From contig JBFIHX010000007.1 of NCBI GenBank assembly GCA_041601615.1, forward strand, positions 87,805-151,804: DNA of 64,000 nucleotides. The letters run 5' to 3'. Both the position numbers and the translations under genes were made by a program. Position 1 is the stretch's first letter. Every line of letters starts with the position of its first letter. Shown one piece after another: positions 37,755-47,169 of this stretch. Origin of the DNA: Thermoplasmatota archaeon (GTDB lineage: Archaea > Thermoplasmatota > E2 > JACPAO01 > JAHFTW01). Below the pieces are notes generated by a model. It did not search any database. It worked only from the letters and a program-made list of their open reading frames with translations, and was not told the origin of the DNA.

Positions 37755-39052
37755 CCCACCCACAAACCCTGCCCAACCGAGCACGAAACCTCCTACAAAA
37801 CGCCCAGCACCGCACCACGTTCTACCTCCTCATGAACAACGCCATGGCCGCCGGCACCGGGCTGCTCTTCTGGTTCATCATGGTCCGCATCGCAGACATC
37901 CCCACAGGCCAAATCGGCGTCGGATACTCCATCATCGCACTCGGCACCACCGTCGCCCTCGTAGCCAAAGGCGGCCTCGACACCGCACTCCTGCGCAACG
38001 TCCCCAAAGCCAGCGACCGCGAAGGACTCCGCCTCCTCGGCGTCGGCATCCTCGTCGGCGCCAGCGCCGCCATCCTCCTCTCCGGCAGCCTCGCCCTCGC
38101 CGCCAGCACAGGAGGTCCCCTACCACAACTCGCCCGCTGGGGCTGGCTCCTCGTCGCCATCATTGCCATGCTCATGGTCGGCACCTCCCTGCAAGATGCC
38201 TGGTTTCTGGCCCAAGGCGACGCACGATCCACCTTCCGCCGCAACGTCGTCTTCAGCAGCGCACGGATCATCCTACCCCTCCCCATCCTCGCCCTCGCAC
38301 CACCCGAACCCGTCCCCCTCATCTGGCTGCTCGCCCTCATCGCCGCCACTCTCACCGGCATCGCACTCGCCCGCCACCGCCCCCACCACGACGGCGGCTC
38401 CGTACCCCGCCGCGCATTCCTAGGATGCGCACTGCGCAACATCACCAGCAGCGCCGCCGAATTCCTACCCGGCCTCCTGCTCGTCCCCCTCGTACTTGCC
38501 ACCCAAGGCCCCGCCGCCGCCGGCTACTTCGGCATGGCCTGGACCGCTGCCGCCCTCCTATTGCTCGGCTCCGCCACCATCGGACGAAGCGCCCTCACAT
38601 CCATGGTACGCGACGAACCACCCGCCACCGCCGTACGCCGCGCCGCCAACCAAGCCCTGTTGGTGCTCGGCCCCGTCGCCGTACTCGGCGCCCTCCTTGC
38701 CCGCTTTGTCATGGCCATCTTCGGCACCGACTATGCCACCGAATCCGCCCCCTCCTTCGCCATCCTCTGCGCAAGCACCCTATTCGTCGCCCCCTCCTTC
38801 CTCTACCTCGCATACCTACGCGCCCGCGATCGGCCCGCAACCCTCCTGCTGTTTCCCTTAGCCATGATCGCCGTCCTCTTCCTGCTCGCGCCGCCGCTCG
38901 CCCTCCTCTTCGGACTCGCCGGCGTCGCCCTCGCATGGCTCCTAGCCAACGCCCCCTTCGGCATCTTTGCCCTCTGGCGCCTCAGCCGCATCGCAAAGGA
39001 GGTGACAACCCATGCTACCCCGAATCTCTGTGGTGATCCTCACCCTGAATGA
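37751..39052 (+). CDS. polysaccharide biosynthesis membrane protein (Wzx-like flippase, MOP superfamily)
   Basis: It has 12 or more TM helices, and 'FYLLMNNAMAAGTGLLFWFIMVRIADIPTGQIGVGYS' resembles the Wzx N-terminal region. TTG 37751 (a TTGA overlap with the upstream gene) is the inferred start; the conservative alternative is ATG 37832. Confidence 0.6.
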   Translation: MTHPQTLPNRARNLLQNAQHRTTFYLLMNNAMAAGTGLLFWFIMVRIADIPTGQIGVGYSIIALGTTVALVAKGGLDTALLRNVPKASDREGLRLLGVGILVGASAAILLSGSLALAASTGGPLPQLARWGWLLVAIIAMLMVGTSLQDAWFLAQGDARSTFRRNVVFSSARIILPLPILALAPPEPVPLIWLLALIAATLTGIALARHRPHHDGGSVPRRAFLGCALRNITSSAAEFLPGLLLVPLVLATQGPAAAGYFGMAWTAAALLLLGSATIGRSALTSMVRDEPPATAVRRAANQALLVLGPVAVLGALLARFVMAIFGTDYATESAPSFAILCASTLFVAPSFLYLAYLRARDRPATLLLFPLAMIAVLFLLAPPLALLFGLAGVALAWLLANAPFGIFALWRLSRIAKEVTTHATPNLCGDPHPE

Positions 39053-40190
39053 AGCCCGCAACATCACAGACTGCCTGCAAGCACTCGCCACCCAAGACAA
39101 CCACGGCTTCGAAGTCATTGTCGTGGACGCAGCCAGCACCGACGACACCGTGGCCCGTGTTCGCGCCCTGCAAAACTCCTTCCCCGTCCCCCTGCGCATC
39201 GAAGCCTCCCCCCACCGACTCCCAATCGGCGAAGCACGCAACCTCGGCGTAGCCCTCGCCGACCACCCCGCCATCGCATTCATGAGCGCCGACGTCGAAC
39301 CACGCCCCGACTGGATCAGCCGCGCCCGACACCACCTCCAACACTACGCCATGGTGTTCGGACGACAACTCCACGCACCACAACACTGGACCGTCGCCGC
39401 CAGCGTGCGCGGACTCCGCTACAACTTCCCATCCTCACCCGTCGCAAACCCACTCCCCCTCTGCTCCAACGTCGCCAGCGCCTTCGACCGACACATCCTG
39501 ACCGCACACCCCTTCGAGCCCAACGCTGACGCCGCCGAAGACCTCCTACTCGCCCTGCGGGCCGCCGCCGACGGACACCAAGCCACCTACGACCCCGACC
39601 TCATCGTACGCCACCACGACATCCAAACCATGAGCGAAGAACTTCGCAAAGTACGCCGCGAAGGACGCGCCTGGGGCCGACACCACCACGAACTCGGACC
39701 CCTGCCCGCCCTGCTTGCCTGGGCCGCCGCCCTCGTCCTCGCCGCCCCCTTCGTACGCCTCGCACCACGCATCCTCGGCCCCGCCTACACCGGAATCCTC
39801 TGGGCCCCCGCCATGCGCCGAGCCCGCCGCCGACGCCACACCATGCCCGCCGATGCGCTGCTCGCAGGCACCCTCGCAAGCCCCACCTACGACCTCGCCT
39901 TCCTACTCAACTACCTCCGCGGCCGCGCCAACCCGGACGCCCCTCCACGCCCCGGACTCGCCCCGCGACCCACCCCGCCGCCGCCGCATCCATCCACCCA
40001 TCCCCGTCCAACCTCATCCCCTCCACCCCCACAGCCCTCCACCCAAACCTCAACCCCACCCTCCACCCCATCATCCACCCAAGCCTCTGCCCCACCTTCC
40101 ACCCCACCCTACGCCCCATCATCTACCCCACCTTCTACCTCGCCCTCTGCCCACCCCACCAGCCAAACCGACCAGGAGACCACAACATGA
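39012..40190 (+). CDS. family 2 glycosyltransferase with ~95-aa Pro/Ser/Thr-rich C-terminal tail
   Basis: 'ISVVILTLNEARNI', 'VIVVDAASTDDT' and 'MSADVEP' are GT2 motifs. The tail 'PRPTPPPPHPSTHPRPTSSPPPPQPSTQTSTPPSTPSST...' is in frame up to a stop overlapping the next start. Confidence 0.75.
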   Translation: MLPRISVVILTLNEARNITDCLQALATQDNHGFEVIVVDAASTDDTVARVRALQNSFPVPLRIEASPHRLPIGEARNLGVALADHPAIAFMSADVEPRPDWISRARHHLQHYAMVFGRQLHAPQHWTVAASVRGLRYNFPSSPVANPLPLCSNVASAFDRHILTAHPFEPNADAAEDLLLALRAAADGHQATYDPDLIVRHHDIQTMSEELRKVRREGRAWGRHHHELGPLPALLAWAAALVLAAPFVRLAPRILGPAYTGILWAPAMRRARRRRHTMPADALLAGTLASPTYDLAFLLNYLRGRANPDAPPRPGLAPRPTPPPPHPSTHPRPTSSPPPPQPSTQTSTPPSTPSSTQASAPPSTPPYAPSSTPPSTSPSAHPTSQTDQETTT

Positions 40191-41557
40191 CCCACGCCAC
40201 CGTATTCATCATCATGGACGCCGGACGCTCCGACTACGTCCGCCCCGAAACCATGCCTTTCATCCACGGCCTCGCCCAACAAAGTGTGCGCAGCGCCTTC
40301 GACAGCCCACCCGGATTCGCCCAACGCACCGTACTCTTCAGCGGCCGCTACCCCGACACCAGCGGCAACTTCAGCGCCTTCGTTTTCGACCCCGAACACA
40401 GCCCCTTCCAATGGGTGCGCAAACTCGGCCCCGCCCGCGCCCTCATCCGACCCCGCAAAGCCCTCTTCCCCACCCGCATCGCCGTCAACAAAACCACCAA
40501 GTGGATCACCAAGGCCTACCACACCGACCCCGCCTGGATCCCCCCCAAATTCCTACCCTTCTTCCGCCCCTGCGAAGACATGCGCCCCCTCTACGAACCC
40601 GGCGCCCTCGGAGCCAGCAGCATCTTCGACCTCTGCCGCAAACACGACCTCAAATTCCGCTACCTCGCCCACCCCGTCAGCGGCGATGACGAAGAAATCC
40701 ACGAAATCCTCACCCGCGAACTACGCGCCGGCGCCGACTACGACCTCTACGTTGCCCAATTCAGCGTCACCGACGAAAAAGGACACAAACACGGCCCCTT
40801 CAGCGACGCAATGCAGAAAGGCTTCCTACGCGACCTCGACCAAAAAATCGCCAGCATCCACGCCGCCCTCAGCGCCGGCTACGACGACTGGGACCTCTTC
40901 CTGTGCGGCGACCACGGCATGGCCCCCGTCGAACGCAAAGTCAACGTCCTCAAAGCCCTAGCAAAAGCCGACGCCAAACCCGCACGCGACTACGTCGTCT
41001 TCGTCAACAGCACCCTCGCCGTCTTCTGGTACCTCACCGACAAAGGCCGCCAAGCCATCGAACAAGTACTCCCCCACGTCCCCGGCACCCACGTCGTCGA
41101 CGAAGAAGAACGCAAACGCCGCCGCATCCCCACCGACCGCCAATGGGGCGACCGCATGCTCGCCGCCGAACCAGGCGTCCTGTTCTGGCCCGACTACTTC
41201 CATGTCACCGACTCCAAAATCGTCGGCATGCACGGCTACCTCGACAAACGCCACGAAACCTTGGGCATGGGCGTTCTCGCATCCAACAACGGCCACACCC
41301 GACCCCGCGACGCCGGCGCCCGACCCCTCGTAGACGTCTTCCCCACCCTCTGCGACCTCCTAGGCCTCCCAACACCACCCGGCCAAGAAGGAACCAGCAT
41401 CCTGCACAAGTACGACGAAACGCCAGAACCACCAGCCACACCCAGCACCGAAACCAGCTCCCAAACGGGGCCCGAACCCGACGCCCCCGCAACCGAGCAA
41501 CTCATCGCCGCACCCACCAAAACGCCGACCCAAACCAGGACAACTCCAGCCACCTAG
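40187..41557 (+). CDS. alkaline-phosphatase-superfamily protein (type I phosphodiesterase/nucleotide pyrophosphatase-like) with PT-rich tail
   Basis: 'VFIIMDAGRSDY' is the N-terminal metal-ligand Asp motif and 'LFLCGDHGM' the distal His motif of AP-superfamily enzymes. Confidence 0.7.
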   Translation: MTHATVFIIMDAGRSDYVRPETMPFIHGLAQQSVRSAFDSPPGFAQRTVLFSGRYPDTSGNFSAFVFDPEHSPFQWVRKLGPARALIRPRKALFPTRIAVNKTTKWITKAYHTDPAWIPPKFLPFFRPCEDMRPLYEPGALGASSIFDLCRKHDLKFRYLAHPVSGDDEEIHEILTRELRAGADYDLYVAQFSVTDEKGHKHGPFSDAMQKGFLRDLDQKIASIHAALSAGYDDWDLFLCGDHGMAPVERKVNVLKALAKADAKPARDYVVFVNSTLAVFWYLTDKGRQAIEQVLPHVPGTHVVDEEERKRRRIPTDRQWGDRMLAAEPGVLFWPDYFHVTDSKIVGMHGYLDKRHETLGMGVLASNNGHTRPRDAGARPLVDVFPTLCDLLGLPTPPGQEGTSILHKYDETPEPPATPSTETSSQTGPEPDAPATEQLIAAPTKTPTQTRTTPAT

Positions 41558-41568
41558 GAGGCAAAACC

Positions 41569-42624
41569 ATGCCCTACACGGCACACGACACCCCCGCCAT
41601 CGTCACCCGCATCCAATCCGACCTCCACCACATCGTACAAGTCGTTCGCAGCGCCGATCCCGGCCTACAAAGCCTCGTACTCACCGGCGGATTCGCACGC
41701 GGAGAAGGATCCGTACGAGGCGGCGAGCCCCAGAACGACTACGACCTCATCGCCATCCGCACCCGACGACACGGCAGGCCTTCCCCCTCCTACGACGCGC
41801 TTCGAGCCCGCCTCGAAAACGACCTCGGCCTCCACATGGACCTCGCCCCCGTCGGCGCCTGGAGACTCTCCTGGACCGCCCCCTCCATCTTCTGGTACGA
41901 AACCGCCCAACGCGGCCAAGTGCTCTACGGCAAAAACCTCCTCCACCGCATCCCCCGACGCAGCCCCCAAGACCTCGAACCCACCGAAGCGCTACGCCTA
42001 CTCGTCAACCGCGCCGCCGGCCTCCTACTCGCCACCCAAGACCATGACGACGAAAAACGACTGCAAGCAAGCAAAGCCCTCCTTGCCACCCTCGACACAC
42101 ACTTGCTCGCCGCCGGCCACTTCGCACCCAGCCAAACCGAACGCTGGAACCTCCTTCACCAACTACACCAACAAGGCAACGCCCCCGCCGCCCTTACCTA
42201 CATCCACGACGAACTGCACTGGGCCTTCGCCCACAAAACCAGCCCCGACACCACGCCCCACATGGACGCAAACACAGCCTGGCAAAGCGCCGCCCGCGCC
42301 CTAATCGACGCCATCCCCACCGCACTTCGACACGCCGCCCTCCCCTGCCTCGACGCCTACAAAACCCACGACGGCCTCCTCGACCGCCTCCACTTCTGGC
42401 TCCACGCAAACGAAGTGCCCGGCGCCAACCGAAGCAGCCCCCACCCCACAGGCCACGTCCGCGTCGCCACCCTCCGCCTCCTCGAAGCATCCCTCGACGG
42501 CAACGTTCCAGCCTCCGCCGCCCACACCCACCTAGATCCAATCCTTGGCCGCCGCAACCACGAAAGCACCCCCGGCGGCGCCCTCGGCCTCCTATCCGCC
42601 CTGCGCCGTGCGACCCTGCAATAA
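41569..42624 (+). CDS. nucleotidyltransferase-domain protein (Pol-beta-like NTase fold)
   Basis: 'LVLTGGFARGEGS...NDYDLIAI' is the G[GS]x9-13Dx[DE] NTase signature. The rest of the protein is helical. Confidence 0.5.
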   Translation: MPYTAHDTPAIVTRIQSDLHHIVQVVRSADPGLQSLVLTGGFARGEGSVRGGEPQNDYDLIAIRTRRHGRPSPSYDALRARLENDLGLHMDLAPVGAWRLSWTAPSIFWYETAQRGQVLYGKNLLHRIPRRSPQDLEPTEALRLLVNRAAGLLLATQDHDDEKRLQASKALLATLDTHLLAAGHFAPSQTERWNLLHQLHQQGNAPAALTYIHDELHWAFAHKTSPDTTPHMDANTAWQSAARALIDAIPTALRHAALPCLDAYKTHDGLLDRLHFWLHANEVPGANRSSPHPTGHVRVATLRLLEASLDGNVPASAAHTHLDPILGRRNHESTPGGALGLLSALRRATLQ

Positions 42625-43138
42625 CTCCCCCGCGTCGCCGCCACTCCCCCCGCCCCCAACCCAGCACCAAGCCAGCACCAAGCGCACACCAACATCGTCC
42701 CTCAACCACCATCCCCAGCCACACCCCAGTGCCTCCCGATGCAAACCCCGCATCAGGAACCCTTCATGCACCAAAACAACCACCGACACACAAGCAACGG
42801 ACGCAGCCACCCCACGCGCCCCCAACGACCCGCACGAAATACAGACACCGGCCCCGCCCGCGCGGACCACTCCAACCACGCCGCCGACGACGAAAGCACC
42901 ACCACCCAGCGGCAAATCCACCGCAGCTACTTCTGAACACCCGATCCCCATTCTTCCCCCCTTGCGCCGCACCCCACACCCGGGAAGACCCGCGGCAACC
43001 CATTGCAATAACTAGGAAACAAACCTCCCACGCCCGGTGAAAACCACGCCTTCCAACCGGCTCCAAAATCGTCCCCAAACCACCATGGTTCTCCCGCAAC
43101 AAGTGATTCTCAGCGCCCACTGGCGTTAGGAAATCACC

Positions 43139-43786
43139 ATGCAAAAAACCGGACAACCCCAGAACCATCGAGTCAGCTTCTCCCTCGCGTTGGCCTTCAC
43201 CGTCGCCGCGTTCCTCCTCATCCCCACCGCCGCCTCAGCCGGCGAAGACCACGACGAATGCGACGACATCGACATGTTCAGCTACGGCGACCACGACGGC
43301 TGCCGTCCGCCCTGCGAATACGAAAACGGCACCCTGTCGATCTTCTACGGCAACTACGACCGCTGCAAACCCCGCTGCCCCGTCGACACCGGCGCAGGCG
43401 CCATTGCCCTCAACTACGGCGAGAACAAGCACTGCCGACCGTACTGTGAGAAGGACCAGATCCCCACCGCCGCCGTCATTGGAAACGGCGACCACGAACA
43501 CTGCAAACCCCGCTGTGAAAAGGAATACGACAACAACGTCGCACACCTCGGTAACGGCGACCACAAACACTGCAAACCGCGCTGCGAACGAAACGGCGAG
43601 AACCCCATGAGTTACGGCTACCGCCACTGCAAGCCCGAGTGCGAACGCGACGAACCGATGCAATCCAACATCTTCGGCTACAAGGATGAATGCGTCGAAA
43701 TCCCCGTGTTCCCAACCATCGCAGCCGGCATGTTCGCCGTCGTCGGCGGAGGCCTCGCCTACGCCGCAATCCTGCGCCGCCAGTGA
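43139..43786 (+). CDS. secreted Cys/His-rich repeat protein with 'IPVFP' C-terminal sorting tail
   Basis: Signal peptide 'VSFSLALAFTVAAFLLIPTAASA'. Six ~20-aa repeats run 'GDH.HCKPRCE...' (for example 'NGDHEHCKPRCEKEYDNN' and 'NGDHKHCKPRCERNGENP'). C-terminus 'EIPVFPTIAAGMFAVVGGGLAYAAILRRQ*'. Confidence 0.7.
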   Translation: MQKTGQPQNHRVSFSLALAFTVAAFLLIPTAASAGEDHDECDDIDMFSYGDHDGCRPPCEYENGTLSIFYGNYDRCKPRCPVDTGAGAIALNYGENKHCRPYCEKDQIPTAAVIGNGDHEHCKPRCEKEYDNNVAHLGNGDHKHCKPRCERNGENPMSYGYRHCKPECERDEPMQSNIFGYKDECVEIPVFPTIAAGMFAVVGGGLAYAAILRRQ

Positions 43787-43883
43787 AGCAAATCGCCACT
43801 CAAGACCCCCTGACCCCCACCTTCTCGATTCCACCTTGCACCTCCCGATCCCATTCGGGCGGATGTGGCCCCTTCGGGCGTTG

Positions 43884-43928
43884 CCACCACCACCACCACC
43901 ACCACCACCACCACCACCACCACCACCA
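43884..43928. repeat. (CCA)15 perfect trinucleotide microsatellite, intergenic
   Basis: 45 nt of uninterrupted 'cca' units are seen directly. They lie between the Cys/His-repeat gene and the second archaeosortase-like gene. Confidence 0.85.
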
Positions 43929-44109
43929 ATCCTGTCCCTGAACCCCCATCGCCTTCGCCACCCCATCCGTACGCAGTGCGCCCGCCAGAGAGGATGACCA
44001 TGCCACGAACACCACCCACCACCACACTCCACACCCGCCTGCAAACCTGGAACCGCCCACAAAACCACCGACGCAATCGCCCCACAACCAACCCAGGAGG
44101 CAAACCCGC

Positions 44110-44994
44110 GTGAAACGCAGCCTCTGGAGCCTCATGGGCCTCGGACTCGCCGGCTACGGCACCCTCGTCCTGCTGCGCGTCATCACCCACGAATCCATGT
44201 TCGCCGGCGCCGCCAGCCTGATCGCCGGCCTCGCTCTTTTGGTCGTCGGCCTACCCCCCCTGCACCTACGCCACGGCAAAATCGTCGCAGCCATCGGCGG
44301 CATCTGTGTCGCTGGCGTGCTCCTCTACAACCTCGCCCGCCGCTCCGACCTCGGCATCCCCGAATGGGGCATCCTCGCCTACGGCCTCCTCTTGCTTCTG
44401 GCCGCATCCCGACTCGACCACCGCATCCGCCGCCTCGACGTAGGCACCCTCGTCGCCTGGTCCTTCCCGTTGATACTGGCTCCCTTAACCATGTTCAGCC
44501 TCAACGCCGGCATCAGCGCCGGCCAAGGCGAAACCGCCGCCAGCCCCATCGTACACGCCCTCGTCGTCCTCCCCTCCGCCGCCCTCCTCGGCATCATGGG
44601 CACCTCCCTCGACGTGGTCGGCAACAGCTTCGTCATGGACACCCCCCGAGGCTCCCTCACCCTCGGCGTCGGCCTCGTCTGCGCCGGCCTATATCCCATG
44701 GTCCTCTTTGGCGGCCTCGTCGCCCTCCACGGCTGGCAAAACAAACTCCGCCCCGGACGCCTCGCCGCCTACCTCGGCACCGGCATCCTCGGCCTCTGGT
44801 TCGTCAACCTCATCCGACTCGTCATCCTCACCCGCGTCGGCGCACGGTGGGGCGTCCACGCCCTCGAAACCGTCCACGCCCACATCGGCTGGATCCTCTT
44901 TGCGGGCTTCATGGTGCTGTTTTGGGGCATCGTGCTGCGCAAAATCGAAGGCCGCCTGCCCCCAGCCCAAGCAGCACAACCCGACGAGACCTAG
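44110..44994 (+). CDS. exosortase/archaeosortase-family candidate (7-8 TM, 294 aa) flanked by IPVFP-tailed genes
   Basis: TM Cys in 'GVGLVCAGLYPMVLF' (Cys191), then 'FVNLIRLVIL' (Arg236) and 'IVLRKIE' (Arg277). The spacing C-45-R-41-R resembles ArtA C173/R214/R253 (recalled from memory). Size and topology fit; the assignment is by pattern only. Confidence 0.4.
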   Translation: MKRSLWSLMGLGLAGYGTLVLLRVITHESMFAGAASLIAGLALLVVGLPPLHLRHGKIVAAIGGICVAGVLLYNLARRSDLGIPEWGILAYGLLLLLAASRLDHRIRRLDVGTLVAWSFPLILAPLTMFSLNAGISAGQGETAASPIVHALVVLPSAALLGIMGTSLDVVGNSFVMDTPRGSLTLGVGLVCAGLYPMVLFGGLVALHGWQNKLRPGRLAAYLGTGILGLWFVNLIRLVILTRVGARWGVHALETVHAHIGWILFAGFMVLFWGIVLRKIEGRLPPAQAAQPDET

Positions 44995-45140
44995 GCCGCC
45001 CACTACGGCCCCGACCTCGGTCCCGAGCCCTCTCCCATCCCCCCCTTTGCGACCACCCCAACGACCCTGTCCCTGAATCTCCATGCCACGCGGAGACGAG
45101 TTCCACCCAGGCTCGCACACAGCGACCAGGAGACAGACAC

Positions 45141-45962
45141 ATGAACCAAAAACCGACCCGCAAACACCCGCAACGAAGCACATGGGGCATCGCCGCCCTC
45201 GTGCTCCTTGCAGCCGCAGTGGTGCTCGCCTCGACGCCCCAAGCCACGGCGCACAACGGCAACGTCGGCACCATCAAAGTACACGACAGCGAACAAGTGG
45301 ACACGCCCCAGAGCAACGACCCGCACGTCACTTGCCAATTCTGGATCCAAGGCTTCGGCATGGACGGCGACGAAGGCACCCTCGTCTTCATCGACTGGCC
45401 CCCCACAGGCAACAAAGACATCGTCATGGACGACGACTGGTTCGGTACCCCCGACGGCAACGGCGGCTTTGACTTCCTCAACGGCCCCTACAGCCTGCCC
45501 CCCGGACACTACCGCGTCGAAGCCTACAGCACCGACGGCCACCCCGGCAACCACGGACACTTTGCCAAATCCAAGATGTTCTGGGTCGACCCCTGCGACG
45601 ACGTACCCGAATTGAGGTGCCCCACGGATTTGACCGCCATCGAAACCGAGAACGGCAACATCCTCGTGAACTTCACGCCCGCCCCCGGCAGCGACGGCAC
45701 CAACATCTACCGCAGCGTCAACGGCGGCCCCTTCGACTACCTCGACACCCTCGCACCCGCCGCCACGCAATACCTCGACACGGACGCAAATCCCTTGACC
45801 GGATACGCATACTACGTCACGGCATTGTACGACGACCGCGAAAGCCAAGACTGCCCGATCACGGAGCTACGGACCATCCCGGTGTTCCCCGGCGTCTTTG
45901 CTGGGGTAATGGCCGCGGTGGTTGGAGTTGTGGCGTATGGAGGGTTGAGGAGGAAGACGTAG
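45141..45962 (+). CDS. secreted protein with FN3-like domain and 'IPVFP' C-terminal sorting tail
   Basis: ATG 45141: 'MNQKPTRKHPQRSTWGIAALVLLAAAVVLASTPQATA'. The FN3-like region is '...ILVNFTPAPGSDGTNIYRSVNGGPFDYLDT...YYVTALYDD'. C-terminus 'TIPVFPGVFAGVMAAVVGVVAYGGLRRKT*'. Confidence 0.7.
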   Translation: MNQKPTRKHPQRSTWGIAALVLLAAAVVLASTPQATAHNGNVGTIKVHDSEQVDTPQSNDPHVTCQFWIQGFGMDGDEGTLVFIDWPPTGNKDIVMDDDWFGTPDGNGGFDFLNGPYSLPPGHYRVEAYSTDGHPGNHGHFAKSKMFWVDPCDDVPELRCPTDLTAIETENGNILVNFTPAPGSDGTNIYRSVNGGPFDYLDTLAPAATQYLDTDANPLTGYAYYVTALYDDRESQDCPITELRTIPVFPGVFAGVMAAVVGVVAYGGLRRKT

Positions 45963-46092
45963 GGGATTTTGTTGGAAATTAGGAATTGATTTGATTGATA
46001 TTTTTCCGTTTTTTTCTATACTCTGAGCATTCACTTCAAGGAACCTTTGTCAATTCCTACGCCATGCCCCCGCCCGACTGAACTGGCTTTAA

Positions 46093-47169
46093 TCACTCGA
46101 TGCGAGGGCCTGAGTGAAGCGCCCAGGCCTCCCTAAGGCCAACGAGACCGTCGAGATTTTTCGCAATCTCAGGATGGGTTGAAAGTGCGCCATTATCCAT
46201 CCAGGCCTTTCGGGGCTCCAATTGAACCTGAGGACGCCAGGAATCCTGCCAATTCAGGTCCTCGGCCAAGATTCCACTCAATGCGTCATGCGCACATCCA
46301 GCCACGCGTCGAAGGTCAAGCTCAGAAAACTTGCCTTCAATCGTGCTGCGCACTTGCGAGTAGGCACGCCAAAGACTCCGAACAAGTCCTGTTCCCGCCG
46401 CTCGATTGGCCACCAACAACCGGAGTTGTAACTGTGCGTCAGCGATTACGGCCTCAAGTTTGAATGTACCACTAAGATAATCGCGTTTTCGCACAATATC
46501 CTCGTGTGCGGCGGCAGTAATTGCGTTGCTGTCTAGGTCAATTGGAGCCAAGCAAAGTAGGTCGAATAAATCTTTGATTCTGCTCTTTCTGCCATGGTCA
46601 ACGCCCAAATTTCTCCCATACGGGTACTCCGAACACATGAGGAGTTTCTGGGCGGCCTGGGTGTTTTCGTCTGGACCCAGTACAATGGGTCCGGATTTCC
46701 AAGGTGCCGGTAATTTCCACTCGGCTAACCCCTGAGGCCAGTTCGAATATTCCAGAACATCAATTCGCAGCGAGTAGCCAACGCCACCTTGAGCCAATGG
46801 GAAGAAAACTCCAAGTGTATTCCCTTGAAGAGGAGATTTTCCCTGGGTGAGTTGAAGGCCGCTGGCTGAAAAATCATCAACAAATTGCTGAATTGCTCTT
46901 GTAATGGCGGACGAATCATGCGTCTCAAGGTCTACGTCAATGCTGGCCCTTCGCGGAGGCCATCGAAGGCGGCTTTGCAGCAGCGTTCCCCCTTTGAACA
47001 AAAAGGGTTCATCTGCCCGAGTCGAAATTTGACTCAGTACTTCGAGTGCGAGTGCATTGCGAAGCCGTTGTTGGCCCCAAGCACCATGTACATCCAATAG
47101 TCTGCCTTCATCAAATTCTTCTGAATCGGCAAAAAGGTTCGGATGGTCCGGCTTCGCAAATGGACTCAT
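46093..47169 (-). CDS. AbiEii/AbiGii-family nucleotidyltransferase toxin (type IV TA / abortive infection)
   Basis: 'FLFKGGTLLQSRLRWPPRRASIDVDL' matches the AbiEii KGGTAL...DxD NTase motif. The start is refined to M49 (MSPFAKP). Local GC is lower than the flanks. Confidence 0.75.
   Translation of the reverse strand: MSPFAKPDHPNLFADSEEFDEGRLLDVHGAWGQQRLRNALALEVLSQISTRADEPFLFKGGTLLQSRLRWPPRRASIDVDLETHDSSAITRAIQQFVDDFSASGLQLTQGKSPLQGNTLGVFFPLAQGGVGYSLRIDVLEYSNWPQGLAEWKLPAPWKSGPIVLGPDENTQAAQKLLMCSEYPYGRNLGVDHGRKSRIKDLFDLLCLAPIDLDSNAITAAAHEDIVRKRDYLSGTFKLEAVIADAQLQLRLLVANRAAGTGLVRSLWRAYSQVRSTIEGKFSELDLRRVAGCAHDALSGILAEDLNWQDSWRPQVQLEPRKAWMDNGALSTHPEIAKNLDGLVGLREAWALHSGPRIE

Noticed and set aside
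42545-43015. 156-aa ORF in the CA-rich spacer upstream of the Cys/His repeat gene
   Set aside because: Pure P/T/A/S low complexity with no start context or signal peptide. The composition matches the other CA-rich intergenic spacers.
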